Of a DNA stretch of 64,000 nt, positions 51,949-62,665 are shown piece by piece. Below the pieces are notes generated by a model. It was not told the DNA's origin and did no database searches. It was given only the letters and a program-made list of their open reading frames with translations. Both the position numbers and the translations under genes were made by a program. The stretch is from positions 7,040,001 through 7,104,000 of the forward strand of contig CAVTTN010000002.1 of the NCBI GenBank assembly GCA_963737655.1. Reading direction: 5' to 3'. Each line of letters starts with the position of its first letter. The stretch's first letter is position 1. This stretch comes from an uncultured Planctomycetota bacterium. Its GTDB lineage: Bacteria > Planctomycetota > Planctomycetia > Isosphaerales > Isosphaeraceae.

Positions 51949-51974
51949 GATATACATTCACCCGGAAAGTACAG

Positions 51975-52984
51975 CGTTTTCCAAAATCTTGTCGAATTCT
52001 CTCGATGCTGCCAGTGACAATCTCTCCTGAGGGTAGTTCTGCGTAACGGTACTCTTCGGCTGCGTCGTCAAAGATGGTACGCTTGGAGAATAGCTGGCGA
52101 ACCTTCTGCTTTGTGGGATCCTTGCAATACCAAACTGCATAGTCGACAAGCTGTGGTAAGGTGTTAGATACCAAACCGCTAACCTTGCGAAATTCAATCA
52201 AAGCTGTGAAGTTATCTTCACCGAACACTTGATCCATCACCGCCCGCACGCGATGGACATTCTCATCCCCGATCTGAACGAAGATCGAGCCCGACTCCCT
52301 CAGCAGGTCGCGGGCGACGGTGAGGCGGTCGCGGAGGTAGGCCAGGTAGCTGTGGATGCCGTCGCGCCAGGTGTCGCGGAACGCCTTGACCTGCTCGGGC
52401 TCGCGGGTGATGTGGTCGGCCTTGCCGTCCTTCACGTCGCGGCTGGTGGTGGACCACTGGAAGTTGCTGTTGAACTTGATGCCGTAGGGCGGGTCGAGGT
52501 AGATGCACTGGACCTTGCCGCGCAGCCCCTCGCGCTCGGCCAGGCTGGCCATCACCTGGAGCGAGTCGCCCAGGATCATGCGGTTGGTCCAGTTCTGGTC
52601 GTGCCGGTAGAAGTCGGTCTTGTCGGCCCCCTCGGGGATGCCGTTGAAGTCGGCGAGGAGGTCGAGCTGCTGGCCGGGCCGGGCGGAGTCGGCCTCGCGC
52701 GAGCGGCGCTTCAGGTCGTCGATCAGGGCCTTCGGGTGGATCTTCTCCTGGATGTAGAGCGGGGGCGCATGGACGACCAGGTCGCTCCAGTCCTGCTCGT
52801 CCTTGCCCCGCCAGACGAGCTGGGGGTCGAGGTCGCGATTGCGCCGCGCATAGGCGACGCGCACGGGGGAGCGGTCTTCCTGGCGCTCGACCGACTGGAA
52901 ATCGGCGGTGGGGATGTTCTTGCGGGTGGAGTCGTCGTGGCGGAGGGCCTCGACGGACTTCGGCTCGGGGGTCTTCCTGGCCAT
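51975..52984 (-). pseudogene. Type III R-M Mod (N6-adenine methyltransferase), truncated by IS701
   Basis: RMILGDSLQVMASL, CIYLDPPYGI, FRDTW, SGSIFVQIGDEN; the C-terminal FxGxG half is absent. Confidence 0.88.
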
Positions 52985-53009
52985 GACAGCCACTCCTGGA
53001 GGTTCGGCC

Positions 53010-53167
53010 CCCTCGCTGACGCGTCGGGTTGCGATTCGCCCTGGCTGACGCGTTTCCATAGGGACCCGACGCGTCAGCGAGGGGGTGAGATCACGGAGGC
53101 GCAGGAGGCGAGGGCATCGGATGGGCGAGGGGACTGGGACTCGGGACCCTCGCTGACGCTTCGGGTT
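53010..53167. repeat. Cluster of CCCTCGCTGACGCGTCGGG-type REP copies
   Basis: Copies at 53010-53028, 53065-53083 (inverted) and 53147-53165, plus a degenerate copy near 53039. Confidence 0.85.
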
Positions 53168-53642
53168 ACGGGTCGAGGTGCTTTCGGTCCTGGGCTTCGG
53201 TCACGTAGGTGATGGCGTTGGAGAGGGCGTCCTCGGTGAAGAGGTGCCGCGCGCTGCCGCGCTCGGCCCACCAGCGCGCTCGGTCCGGGTCGGACCGCTC
53301 CCGGAGGCGCCGCGACGTCCAGGCCTTGAGGTCGTTGCGGACCTTCTCGGGCCGGGCTTCGCGGGCGCTGACGACGACGTGGACGTGATTGGAGCGGCAG
53401 TTCACGGCGTGCAGCGTCCACCCGCGGGCGGCGCAGGTCTCGGCGACCTGTCGCTCGACGATCGCCCGCTCCTCGGGCGAGAGCCGGCACTCGTCCTCGG
53501 CCATGCGGGCCGCCGACCGCCGCTCCAGGGCCGGGTCCGGCTCCCGCCTGCCGTGCCGATAGCGGACCCACCCGCGAGCATCGCCCGGGAGCCACGTCCC
53601 GCAGGTCGGCCAGGTGAGCAGGAACCCCAGGGGGTCGTTCAT
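53166..53642 (-). CDS. REP-associated tyrosine transposase (RAYT, Y1 HUH)
   Basis: LLTW.T.GTWLPGD.RG, NHVHVVV (HUH), WW.ERG, AITYV (catalytic Tyr); adjacent to REPs. Confidence 0.85.
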   Translation of the reverse strand: MNDPLGFLLTWPTCGTWLPGDARGWVRYRHGRREPDPALERRSAARMAEDECRLSPEERAIVERQVAETCAARGWTLHAVNCRSNHVHVVVSAREARPEKVRNDLKAWTSRRLRERSDPDRARWWAERGSARHLFTEDALSNAITYVTEAQDRKHLDP

Positions 53643-54970
53643 CCGCGCACCCCTCTCGGCGTGACGGACTCGATCATCGCGTGAAAGGCGCCCTCCACGA
53701 CCGCCCGGATGTCCGACCCGATCGAGTCCACGTCCCCGAACTCGGCGAAGGCCCAGTTGAAGTGGACGAACCGCGTGGACCCGGTCGCGTTGTAGGGGTC
53801 CAGCAGGGCCTTGATCGGCGCTCGCCGAGGAACCTCTGCGTGATCCCGGTCACGATCCGGTTGCAGGCCATGTCGGCGAGCTCCTGGTACATCAGGAGGG
53901 CCGGGTAGGTGTCCCCCTTGCAGACGAGGTGGCCCTCGTCGAGCCACGGCCGGGCGACCCGCTTGAGCTGGCCGAAGAGGCGGAACTTCGAGTCCGGCAG
54001 GCGCCGGGTCAGGTGGAACAGGAGCGTCGAGGGCCGCATGTCGCCGAGGTGGGCCAGCGAGAGGTCGACCCCCTCGCCGATGATCCCCGAGTTCCGGGTG
54101 ATCGAGGGGCCGACGAGGTCGGGGCTGAGGACGCCGGCGTACTCCGCGTTGAAGAGGCCCTCCTCGTTCAGGTCATAGGAATGCCGGCGCAGGGCGCGGC
54201 CGATGACCTGCCCGCACAGGAGCTGCGTGCCGAAGGCCCGGACGCCCAGGACGTGGGTGACGGTGTTCGCGTCCCAGCCCTCGGTGAGCATGGAGACCGA
54301 GACCACGCACCGGATCGAGCCGCCGAGCTGCCCCTCCTTGCCGACGGTGTTCATGACCTCGCGGAGCAATTCCTGGTCGGTGATGCTCTCGGCCGTGCGG
54401 GCGTCGCCGGAGCGCTCGACGATCTCGCGCCGGAACCGCTCGATCTCGTCGGCGGCCATCGAGCGGAAGTTGTCGTCCAGAGCGTCGCCGGCCTCCAGTT
54501 GCTCGTTGTCGATCCGGAGGGTGTTGGGCCTCGGGAGGGGGTTGCCGGTGGCCTCGTCGAAGTTGCGGAACAGCGGGAGCCGGCCGTTCTCCAGGGTCGT
54601 CGTCGCGTCCTCATTCTTGCGGGGGAATGCCGAGATGAAGTCGTAGACGAGCTTGGAGATCGCCGCGTTCTCGCAGAGGACGATGAAGCAGGGAGGGACG
54701 AGGACGCGGAGGCGGTCCTTGATGGTCAGGCCGGGGGCGACGACGAGGAAGCCCCGCGTGAAATCCTTGCTGCCTGGCCGCCGGACGGCGTTGACCGTCT
54801 GCCGGGCGATGAGCATGGCCATGACGGTCGTCTTGCCGGCGCCGGTGGCGAGCTTCAGGGCGAGCCGAAGGAGGCCGGGGTTGGCGTCCTGGCCGGCCCT
54901 CTCCAGGTGGTCAAGGACCTCCTTGCCGGCCTTGAGGTGCGGGGCGACCTCGGCGAGCCAGATGGCCGTC
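53639..54970 (-). pseudogene. Type III R-M Res (helicase/endonuclease) remnant with multiple internal deletions
   Basis: TAIWLAEVAP, KLATGAGKTTVMAMLI, VSVSMLTEGWDANTVTHVLGVRAFGTQLLC.QVIGRALRR; no DEAH motif, no PD-(D/E)xK domain, no N-terminus. Confidence 0.85.
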
Positions 54971-55611
54971 GACGAGTGCCGCCGGCATTGCCTCCGCCGC
55001 CCCGTCCGCGGCGAGGCGACCTACGGCGGCCCGCCGGGGCGTTCGGCCCCCGCCTCTGGGCGGCCCCGGGCCCGCCGGCCGGGCCGATCGCCCGAGCGAG
55101 CGGCAGGTCCAGCGCCTCGATCGGAACCCGATCGGCCTGCGGATCGCCGTGGGCGCGGGCAGAGCGGGATGATCAGGACCTCTTCCTGGGCTCCAGGACC
55201 CCCGTCAGCTCCCACCTCAGCCGGTGCAGCTGCACCGGGGTCATCCAGCGGCGGAAGACCGAGTGCCGCATCCTCTGGCTCGACCACACCAGGATCCCCG
55301 TACACCGCCTCGGGCGGCCCCGGTACGCGAACCGGGACGGAGCCTTGCTGTCGCCTCCGAGGCCCCTGGTCATGCTCGTCGCCCAGGGCGTCCGGCCGAC
55401 TGCCGGCGCGTCGCCACGGGGCTGTTTCAGATTCCGGCATGAACATTGCGGCCGGTCGGTGGATGGCACGGGAGATCCGGCCGTCGGCCTACGCCCGGCC
55501 CCCTCCCGGGTCTGGGGCCGCGAGCCTTCGCCCATGGCGATCCGGGCGCCCCCGGATCGAGGCCGTGAGGAACGGCCGCGATTCGCCGTCGCCATCCCCT
55601 GGGGAAGCCTC

Positions 55612-56019
55612 ATGCTCGAGACCGTCGCGACCGCCGACCGATCGCCCGAGGCTCCGACTCCGACCGCGCAGAGCGGCCTCGCCCGGAGGATCCTCGTCGG
55701 CTCGGCGGTGGCCCTGCTCGTGATGGTCATGACCTCGCCGCTCCGCCCGTCTCACCTCGGCACACCGTCCCGGTCGTTCGGCATCCGGCGCAACTTCGCA
55801 ACGCCGAGGATCGCGTTCAAGGCGCGCGACATGGCGTCTCGGGTCTCTTGGTCGGCGGGAGTCCAGGCGATCTGTCTGGGGAATCCTCCGGGGCGGAGGG
55901 GCCGTCGCGAGGGCAGGGCGTCCGGCCTCCTCCCCGCCGTCCGCCCGGGTCGCCCGGCCGTTGGGCCGGGGCAGACGGGGCCGGGGACGACGCCTTCGGT
56001 GGTCCCCCTCCGCTGCTGA
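55612..56019 (+). CDS. Small single-TM ORF ending PLRC, upstream of the RND operon
   Basis: GGAAG RBS-like sequence; hydrophobic ILVGSAVALLVMVMT; Pro/Gly/Arg-rich linker; C-terminal VVPLRC*. Confidence 0.55.
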   Translation: MLETVATADRSPEAPTPTAQSGLARRILVGSAVALLVMVMTSPLRPSHLGTPSRSFGIRRNFATPRIAFKARDMASRVSWSAGVQAICLGNPPGRRGRREGRASGLLPAVRPGRPAVGPGQTGPGTTPSVVPLRC

Positions 56020-56228
56020 GGGCGGCTGGGCCCGCGTCGCGGCGGGCCGATCCCGAGATCCCCCCGTCGGCTCGCGGATGCGGACGCGCGTCGCCCGCCG
56101 CCGCGGGACGCGATCGGATGCGGGAGAGGAGCGATTCGGCACGCGCCGACGCTCGCCCGGCGCGGTCTCGCGCCTCGGAATGATCGTGTGAGCTCGCCGA
56201 ATCCTGGTTGCCCAGAGGGGGATTGACC

Positions 56229-59200
56229 GTGGCGTCCGAACCGAAGTCGAAGTCGTCTTCCGCGAACCCGACGGTCCTGGCGATGGACCACCCGATCACC
56301 CTCCTGATGCTCGTCCTGGCCCTCTTGAGCCTCGGCGGCCTGGCGTACCAGAAGATGAGGGTGGACATCTTCCCGTCGCTCAACACGCCGAAGATCTACG
56401 TCTTCTTCGACTTCATCGGGATGAGCCCCGACCAGGTCGAGGGGTTCATCGTCAACGAGCTGGAGCTGTACTTCCAGTATGTCGACGGGATCAAGGACAT
56501 CAAGTCGAGGAACATCCAGCAGGTCGGCCTGGTCGAGCTCTCGTTCTTCAACGACACCGAGATGGGCCAGGCCGTCGCCGAGGTCGTGGCGATGTCCGAC
56601 CGCGCGATGGCCTGGATGCCCCCGGGGCCCTCCCCCCCATGATCATGAGGATGGACGCCGGGAGCGTCCCCATCGGCTACCTCGTCTTCACCAGCGAGGG
56701 GGACAAGACCTCGCTCGGGGCGATGGGGGACCTGGCGCAGAACATCGTCCGGCCCCTCGTGCAGAAGAACGTCCCCGGCACGGTCGCGATCTCGCCGTTC
56801 GGCCCGAACATGCGTTCGATCATCATCAATGTCGATCCCAACAAGCTCCTCCAGTACAACCTGAACCCCCAGAACGTCGTCGATGCCCTGAAGACGGGCA
56901 ACGTGGTGATCCCATCGGGGAATATCTATGTGAAGGATTCGATGCCGATCGTCCACAACAACGCCACGGTGGTCGACATCCGCCGCCTCGGGGACATCCC
57001 CCTGAGGCTGGGCGACAACGTGTACATCCGCGACATCGCGACGATCCAGGACGACACGGACATCACCTACGGCTATGCGCTGGTCAACGGCAAGAAGGCC
57101 ATCCACCTGCCGATCATCAAGAAGGACACGGGCTCGACCCTGACGGTCGTCGCCGACGTCCACAAGGCGCTGCCCATGTTCCGGGCGGCCGTCCCGCCGG
57201 ACGTGAAGATCACCTTCGAGTTCGACGAGTCGCCGACGGTCGTCCACGCGGTCGAGTCGGTCGCGACCGAGGGGGCCATCGGGGCCGGGCTGACGGGGCT
57301 GATGATCCTCCTGTTCCTGGGCGATTGGAGGAGCGTCCTGGTGGTCGTCTGCAACATCCCGCTGGCTTTGACCGGCTCCCTGTTCGGACTCTGGGTCACG
57401 GGCAACACGATCAACATCATGTCGCTGGGCGGGATGGCCCTGGCGATCGGCATTCTCGTGGACGAGGCGACGGTCACGATCGAGAACACGCACGTCCAGA
57501 TGGAGACGACCCGGAGCGTCGCCTCGGCCGTGCTCAAGGCCGCCAACGCCACGGCGGTGCCTCGCCTGCTGGCCCTCCTGTGCATCCTGTCGGTGTTCAT
57601 ACCGGCGTTCATCATGGAGGACCCCCTGCGGTCCCTGTTCATGCCGCTGACCCTCGGCGTGGGCTTCGCGATGATCTCCTCGTACCTGCTTTCGAGCACG
57701 TTCGTGCCGATCATGAGCGTCTACCTCCTCAAGCCCGAGAAGAAGGAGGACGGGGCCGGGGCGGACCGGGAGGAGGCGAAGCCCGGGCTCTTCGAGAGGG
57801 TCAACCGGGCCTATCACAAGGCCGTCGAGTGGTTCATCGCGCTGAAGTGGGTGGTCGTCCCGGCGTACCTGGCGGCGTGCGTGGCGGTCCTGGCGGTGCT
57901 GGGCCTCCAGCTCGGGAGGGAGCTGTTCCCGAGGATCGACTCCGGCGAATTCGTCCTCCGCTTCCGCCCTCCTCCGGGTTCCAGCTACGAGCTGACCCGC
58001 GAGATGGGCATGAAGTGCCTCCAGGAGATCGAGGACGAGGCCGGGACGAAGAACGTCGAGATCACCATGGGGTTCGTCGGCCAGGTCGCCCCGAACTTCG
58101 GGATCGACAACATGGTCCTGTTCATGCGCGGGCCCGACGATGGATGGCTCCGGGTCAAGCTGAACCCGGACAGCGGGATCAAGCTCGACGAGTTCCGGGA
58201 GAAGCTCCGCAAGGTCCTGCCCGAGAGGGTCCTCCCCTGGCTGGCCAATCGCCTGGCGACGGGCGGGGGCGATGGCGGGACGCCCTTGGCCGAGGCGAGG
58301 GAGCAGGCCGAGAAGTCCACCTTCGGCTTCGAGCCCGGCGACATCGTCAGCCAGGTCATGAGCTTCGGCGCCTCCAAGCCGATTGCGGTCCGGGTGATCG
58401 GGACCGACTACGACAAGGTCCGCAGCCACGCCGAGGCGATCGCCGCCAAGCTGAAGGAGAATCCCCACCTCCGCGACGTCGGGTTCGAGCAGACCCTGGA
58501 TTATCCCACGGTCGAGGTCGAGATCGACCGCGAGATGGCCGGGCTGATCGGCGTGACGCCCGAGCACGTGAAGAGGGCCCTGGTCATGGCCACCGCCTCC
58601 ACCCGGTTCACCAACCTCAATTACTGGATCAACGACAAGACGGGCTTCGATTACCTCGTGCAGATCCAGGTGCCCCCCCTGCGGATGAGCAAGCCGTCGG
58701 ACCTGGAGGAATTGCCTTTGGAATCGGTCAACCCCGACGTCCCCCTGATGGTCCGCGACGTCCTGAAGGACGGCCAGGTCCACACGAGCAGCCGGCCGGG
58801 GGAGTACGACCGGGACATGTCCCAGCGCTTCCTGACGGTGGTCGCCAACGTCGAGGGAGAAGACCTCGGCCGAGCCGCGACGCAGGTGCGGAAGGCCGTG
58901 AAGGAGGTCGGCGACCCTCCCCGAGGGGTCCGGGTCGAGGAGCAGGGTTCCTTGCCGCCGATGACGGAGATGTTCCGCACCCTGGGGATCGGCATGGGCG
59001 TGGCGGTATTCGTGATCCTGGTCCTCCTCACGGCGTACTTCCAATCCCCGAGGCTGGCGTTGATCTCCATCGGCGCCGTGCCCGGGGTGATCGCGGGGAT
59101 CGCCACGATTTTGCTCGTCACCGGGACGACGCTGAACATCGAGTCGTTCATGGGCTCGATCATGTGCCTGGGCGTGTCGGTGTCGAACTCGGTGATGATG

Positions 59201-59575
59201 GTCACGTTCATGGACGAGCACTGGCAGGCGGGCAAGACCTCCGCGGAGGCGGCCCTCCTGGGCGCCAGCGAGAGGCTCCGGCCGATCCTGATGACGGCCT
59301 GCGCCATGACCGTGGGCATGGTGCCGATGGCCCTGGCCCTGGAGAAGGGCAGCCAGATGGAGGCCCCGCTCGGCCGGGCGGTGATCGGCGGCCTGGTGAT
59401 GTCCACGTTCGCGACCTTGATGGTGCTCCCGTCGATCTTCGCCCTGGTGATCGGCGGCAAGACCCCCTCCTCGCCCTCGCTGTACCCGGGCAACCCGGCC
59501 AGCTCGCATTACGACCCGGATTTGCTCGCCGACGAGGCGTCGGATGAGCCGAACGAGGACGGACAGGACTCCTGA
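56229..59575 (+). CDS. RND permease 3 (AcrB/CusA superfamily, DE-type subfamily); apparent frameshift near 56625
   Basis: VDIFPSLNTP, GILVDEATVTIEN, RLRPILMT, APLGRAVIGG; adding one G restores MPPGALPPMIMRMDAG. Confidence 0.9.
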
Positions 59576-59619
59576 GCGATCCGCCCGGGACCGAACCACC
59601 CATTTCGAGGAGACGACCC

Positions 59620-61098
59620 TTGCCACCCGTCACTCGTTCCGAAGCCCGGCCCCGACGCGACCGCCGCCCCCGCGCGTGGGCCGGCCTGATCGCCGTGCTG
59701 GCGGCGTCGGGATGCTCGGAGGAGACGAAGGTCGCCCCGAGCGTCTCCGAGCCCCCGGAGCTCCGGGTGATGCACCCTCAGCTCCGGACGATCGTCCGGG
59801 TCGTCGGGCAGCCGAGCTTCGTCCAGAGTTATGAGCGGACGTCGATCTACCCCAAGATGACGGCCTACATCGAGAAGTGGAACGTGGACATCGGGGACAA
59901 GGTCCGCAAGGGGGACGTCCTGGCGGAGCTCTTCGTCCCCGAGCTCGAGGAGCTTTACGGGACGAAGAAGGCGACCGTCGAGTACGACAAGGAGCAGGTC
60001 CGGCTCGCGCAGAAGGACGTGGAGGTGGCCTCGGCCGACGTCAAGGCGGCCCGGGCGCACCTGGACGAGGCGAAGGCGATCCTGGGGAAGTACCAGGCCG
60101 AGGTCGAGCGCTGGATGGTCCAGGTGGACCGGCTCGCCAAGGAGGTCGAGCGCCAGGTGATCGCCCCCCAGATCCTCCTGGAATCGCAGAACGAGCTGAA
60201 GGCCGACGTCGCCGCCCGGGACGCCGCCAAGGCGACGATCGAGAAGGCCGCCGCCGACCTCCAGGCCGACGAGGCCCGGCTCGCCCGCGCCGAGGTCCGC
60301 GTGGCCGCGACGAAGGCCGAGCTCTCCGTGGCCGAGAGCGAGGCCCGGAGGCTGGAGGCCCAGGTCGGCTACCTGAAGCTGTTCGCCCCGTTCGACGGCA
60401 TCGTCGTGGCCCGGAACGCCAACACCTGGGACTTCGTCCTGCCCAAGACGGGCGACCCGACCGCCCAGGACCGCTCCCCCGACCTCTCGCCCGGCGGCCA
60501 GGCCGCGCCGATCTACGTGATCGACCGCACGGACATCATCCGGATCTACGTGGACATCCCCGAGAGGGACGCCAACTACGTCCACATCGGCTCGGAGGCC
60601 CGGGTGAAGGTCTGGGCCTACAAGGACGAGTGGCTCCCCGCCTCGGTCACCCGGATCTCCTGGGCCCTGAACACCCGGAGCCGGACGATGAGGGCCGAGA
60701 TCGACCTGCCCAACCCGAACGCACAGATCCTGCCGGCCATGTACGCCTACGGCAAGGTCGTCGTCGAGCGCCCGGCGGTCCGGGCCGTGCCCAAGGGCGC
60801 GATCACCAGCGCCGGGGGCAAGTCGTTCCTCTGGCTCTACGACGCGGGCCGGGCCGAGCGCACCGAGGTCCAGACCGGGGTTGTCGAAGGGGAGTGGATC
60901 CAGGTCACCAACCGCCGGGTCCCCTCGAAGGACCCGAACGACGAGGAGTTCGTCCCGATCGACGGGGAGGAAGAGGTCCTGGTCGGCAGCAAGCTCTCGG
61001 TCCTGACTGAGGGAGCCCAGGTCCGGCTCTCCAACGGCCCGGCCTCGGCCGGGGTGGCCCTGTCCGACGAGGCCCCCGGGCGGCCCGGGAAAGACTAA
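59620..61098 (+). CDS. RND periplasmic adaptor (MFP) with a long coiled coil
   Basis: ASGC lipobox, VDIGDKVRKGDVLA, APFDGIVVARN, SRTMRAEIDLPN. Confidence 0.9.
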   Translation: MPPVTRSEARPRRDRRPRAWAGLIAVLAASGCSEETKVAPSVSEPPELRVMHPQLRTIVRVVGQPSFVQSYERTSIYPKMTAYIEKWNVDIGDKVRKGDVLAELFVPELEELYGTKKATVEYDKEQVRLAQKDVEVASADVKAARAHLDEAKAILGKYQAEVERWMVQVDRLAKEVERQVIAPQILLESQNELKADVAARDAAKATIEKAAADLQADEARLARAEVRVAATKAELSVAESEARRLEAQVGYLKLFAPFDGIVVARNANTWDFVLPKTGDPTAQDRSPDLSPGGQAAPIYVIDRTDIIRIYVDIPERDANYVHIGSEARVKVWAYKDEWLPASVTRISWALNTRSRTMRAEIDLPNPNAQILPAMYAYGKVVVERPAVRAVPKGAITSAGGKSFLWLYDAGRAERTEVQTGVVEGEWIQVTNRRVPSKDPNDEEFVPIDGEEEVLVGSKLSVLTEGAQVRLSNGPASAGVALSDEAPGRPGKD

Positions 61099-61333
61099 AT
61101 TCGTCAACACCCTCGGCCGCCAACGCCCCACCGGCCGAATTTGGAAGGAGACACGTCATGGGATCGCCAGTGCGAGACGAACGTGACCGCAGCGAAGATT
61201 CCCGGCGCGAGGACACCCCGGGGCTCGAAGCGGACGGCCGGGCGGATGGCCCTCAGGTCGTCGGGACGTATGACCGCTCCGTCGCCTCGGCCCCGAGCAC
61301 CGAATCGACCTCGGTTCGTTCCCCGATCGGAGC

Positions 61334-62665
61334 ATGGTCATCGAAACCGACACGATCCACGAGCCCCGAGACGGCCGGCCCGGCAACCTCCTGCTGGTCC
61401 CGGTCGAGATCGAGGGCCGCCCAGACTCCCCGGAGGGGGGGGCCCGGCGCGAGGACCAGTCGCCCGACCGCGACGGGAAGGACGACGCGAGGCCCGGGAA
61501 GCTCGAACATTCCGACGAACGCCCCCCCCTGCGGCGCCGCCTGCTGATCCCCGGCCTCGTGGGGCTGGCCTGCGGGATCGGCGGGGCGTGGGGGTATTCC
61601 CATTTCTTCGGGTCGGACAAGAAGGACGACAAGGGGGGGGCGAAGTCGTCCTCGAACTCGGGGAAGGACTCCGGGTCGGGCGGGGATTCGGGGTCGGGCA
61701 AGGGTTCGCAGTCGGGCAAGGGCTCCAACCCGGGCCGCGGGCCGGTGGCCGGCAAGGGCGGCGATTCGTCCGACGACGGCAAGGCCCTCGAGGATGAGAA
61801 GGAGGAGAGGCAGGCGTGGATCACCGCCATGAACGAGCTGAAGCACGCCCGGGACGCCGAGAAGAAGGCCAGCGACTCGGCCGACGAGTCGAAGGCGGTC
61901 CTGGAGTTCCTCAAGTCCACGCTCCTCTCGGCCGGGAGGCCGGGAGGCCCGTCGCTCTCCGGCGCGTTCTGGGCCGGGGGGCAGGGCCAGGACGTGACGC
62001 TCCGCAAGGCGGTGGACGCGGCCGAGTCGAAGGCCGGCGAGGTCTTCGCCAATCGCCCCCTGGCCGAGGCCTCGGTCCGCGAGACCCTGGGCCTCGCCTA
62101 CATGAACCTGGGCGACCCCGAGCAGTCGGTCAAGCAGTACCGGCAGGCTTTGGCACTCCGGCAGGCTACCCAGGGGTTCGATTCCCCCGAGACGGCCACC
62201 TGCCGCAACCAACTGGCCGTCGCGTACCGGGTGGCCGGGCATCCGGATGAAGGGGGCCGGCTGTTCGAGCGTTCCCCCCGGTCGCTCTCGGAGGCCGACG
62301 CCCTGGCCGAGAGAGGGGCTAGCCTCCTCCTCCAGGGCAAGCCCGCGGAGGCGGAGTTGAAGCTCCGGCAGAGCCTGGAGGTCCGCCGCAAGGTCCGGCC
62401 CGACGGCTGGGCGACCTTCGACGCGGAATCCGAGCTCGGCGAGGCCCTCCTCGACCAGAAGAAATACGCCGAGGCCGAGCCCCTGCTGACCTCCGGCTAC
62501 GAGGGCCTGAAGCGGCACGAGGCCGACATCCCGCCCGACGACCGCCCCCGGGTCGCCCGGGCCCTGCAACGCCTGGTGAAACTCTACCGCGCCTGGGGCC
62601 GCCCGGACGAGGCGAAGCGGTGGCAAGAGGCGCTCGTGGCGACCCCCGGCACGACGTCGAAATAG
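61334..62665 (+). CDS. Membrane-anchored tetratricopeptide repeat protein
   Basis: One TM, Gly/Ser/Lys linker, coiled coil, TPRs (LGLAYMNLG..QALALR; LGEALLDQKKYAEAEPLL). Confidence 0.8.
   Translation: MVIETDTIHEPRDGRPGNLLLVPVEIEGRPDSPEGGARREDQSPDRDGKDDARPGKLEHSDERPPLRRRLLIPGLVGLACGIGGAWGYSHFFGSDKKDDKGGAKSSSNSGKDSGSGGDSGSGKGSQSGKGSNPGRGPVAGKGGDSSDDGKALEDEKEERQAWITAMNELKHARDAEKKASDSADESKAVLEFLKSTLLSAGRPGGPSLSGAFWAGGQGQDVTLRKAVDAAESKAGEVFANRPLAEASVRETLGLAYMNLGDPEQSVKQYRQALALRQATQGFDSPETATCRNQLAVAYRVAGHPDEGGRLFERSPRSLSEADALAERGASLLLQGKPAEAELKLRQSLEVRRKVRPDGWATFDAESELGEALLDQKKYAEAEPLLTSGYEGLKRHEADIPPDDRPRVARALQRLVKLYRAWGRPDEAKRWQEALVATPGTTSK

Larger units (their letters stand above)
50074..51974 (+). 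mobile_element. IS701-family insertion sequence bounded by 14-bp perfect inverted repeats
   Basis: CTGTACTTTCCGGG (50074-50087) / CCCGGAAAGTACAG (51961-51974); the right end truncates the methyltransferase; no target duplication visible. Confidence 0.75.

Noticed and set aside
54971..55600. Possible gene fragments (e.g. RKTECRILWLDH)
   Set aside because: Could not be assigned to any family or consistent frame; treated as decayed island DNA
35840..56640. Programmed frameshifting or phase variation in the RND genes
   Set aside because: Runs are short and the same indel pattern affects unrelated genes; sequencing error is more parsimonious
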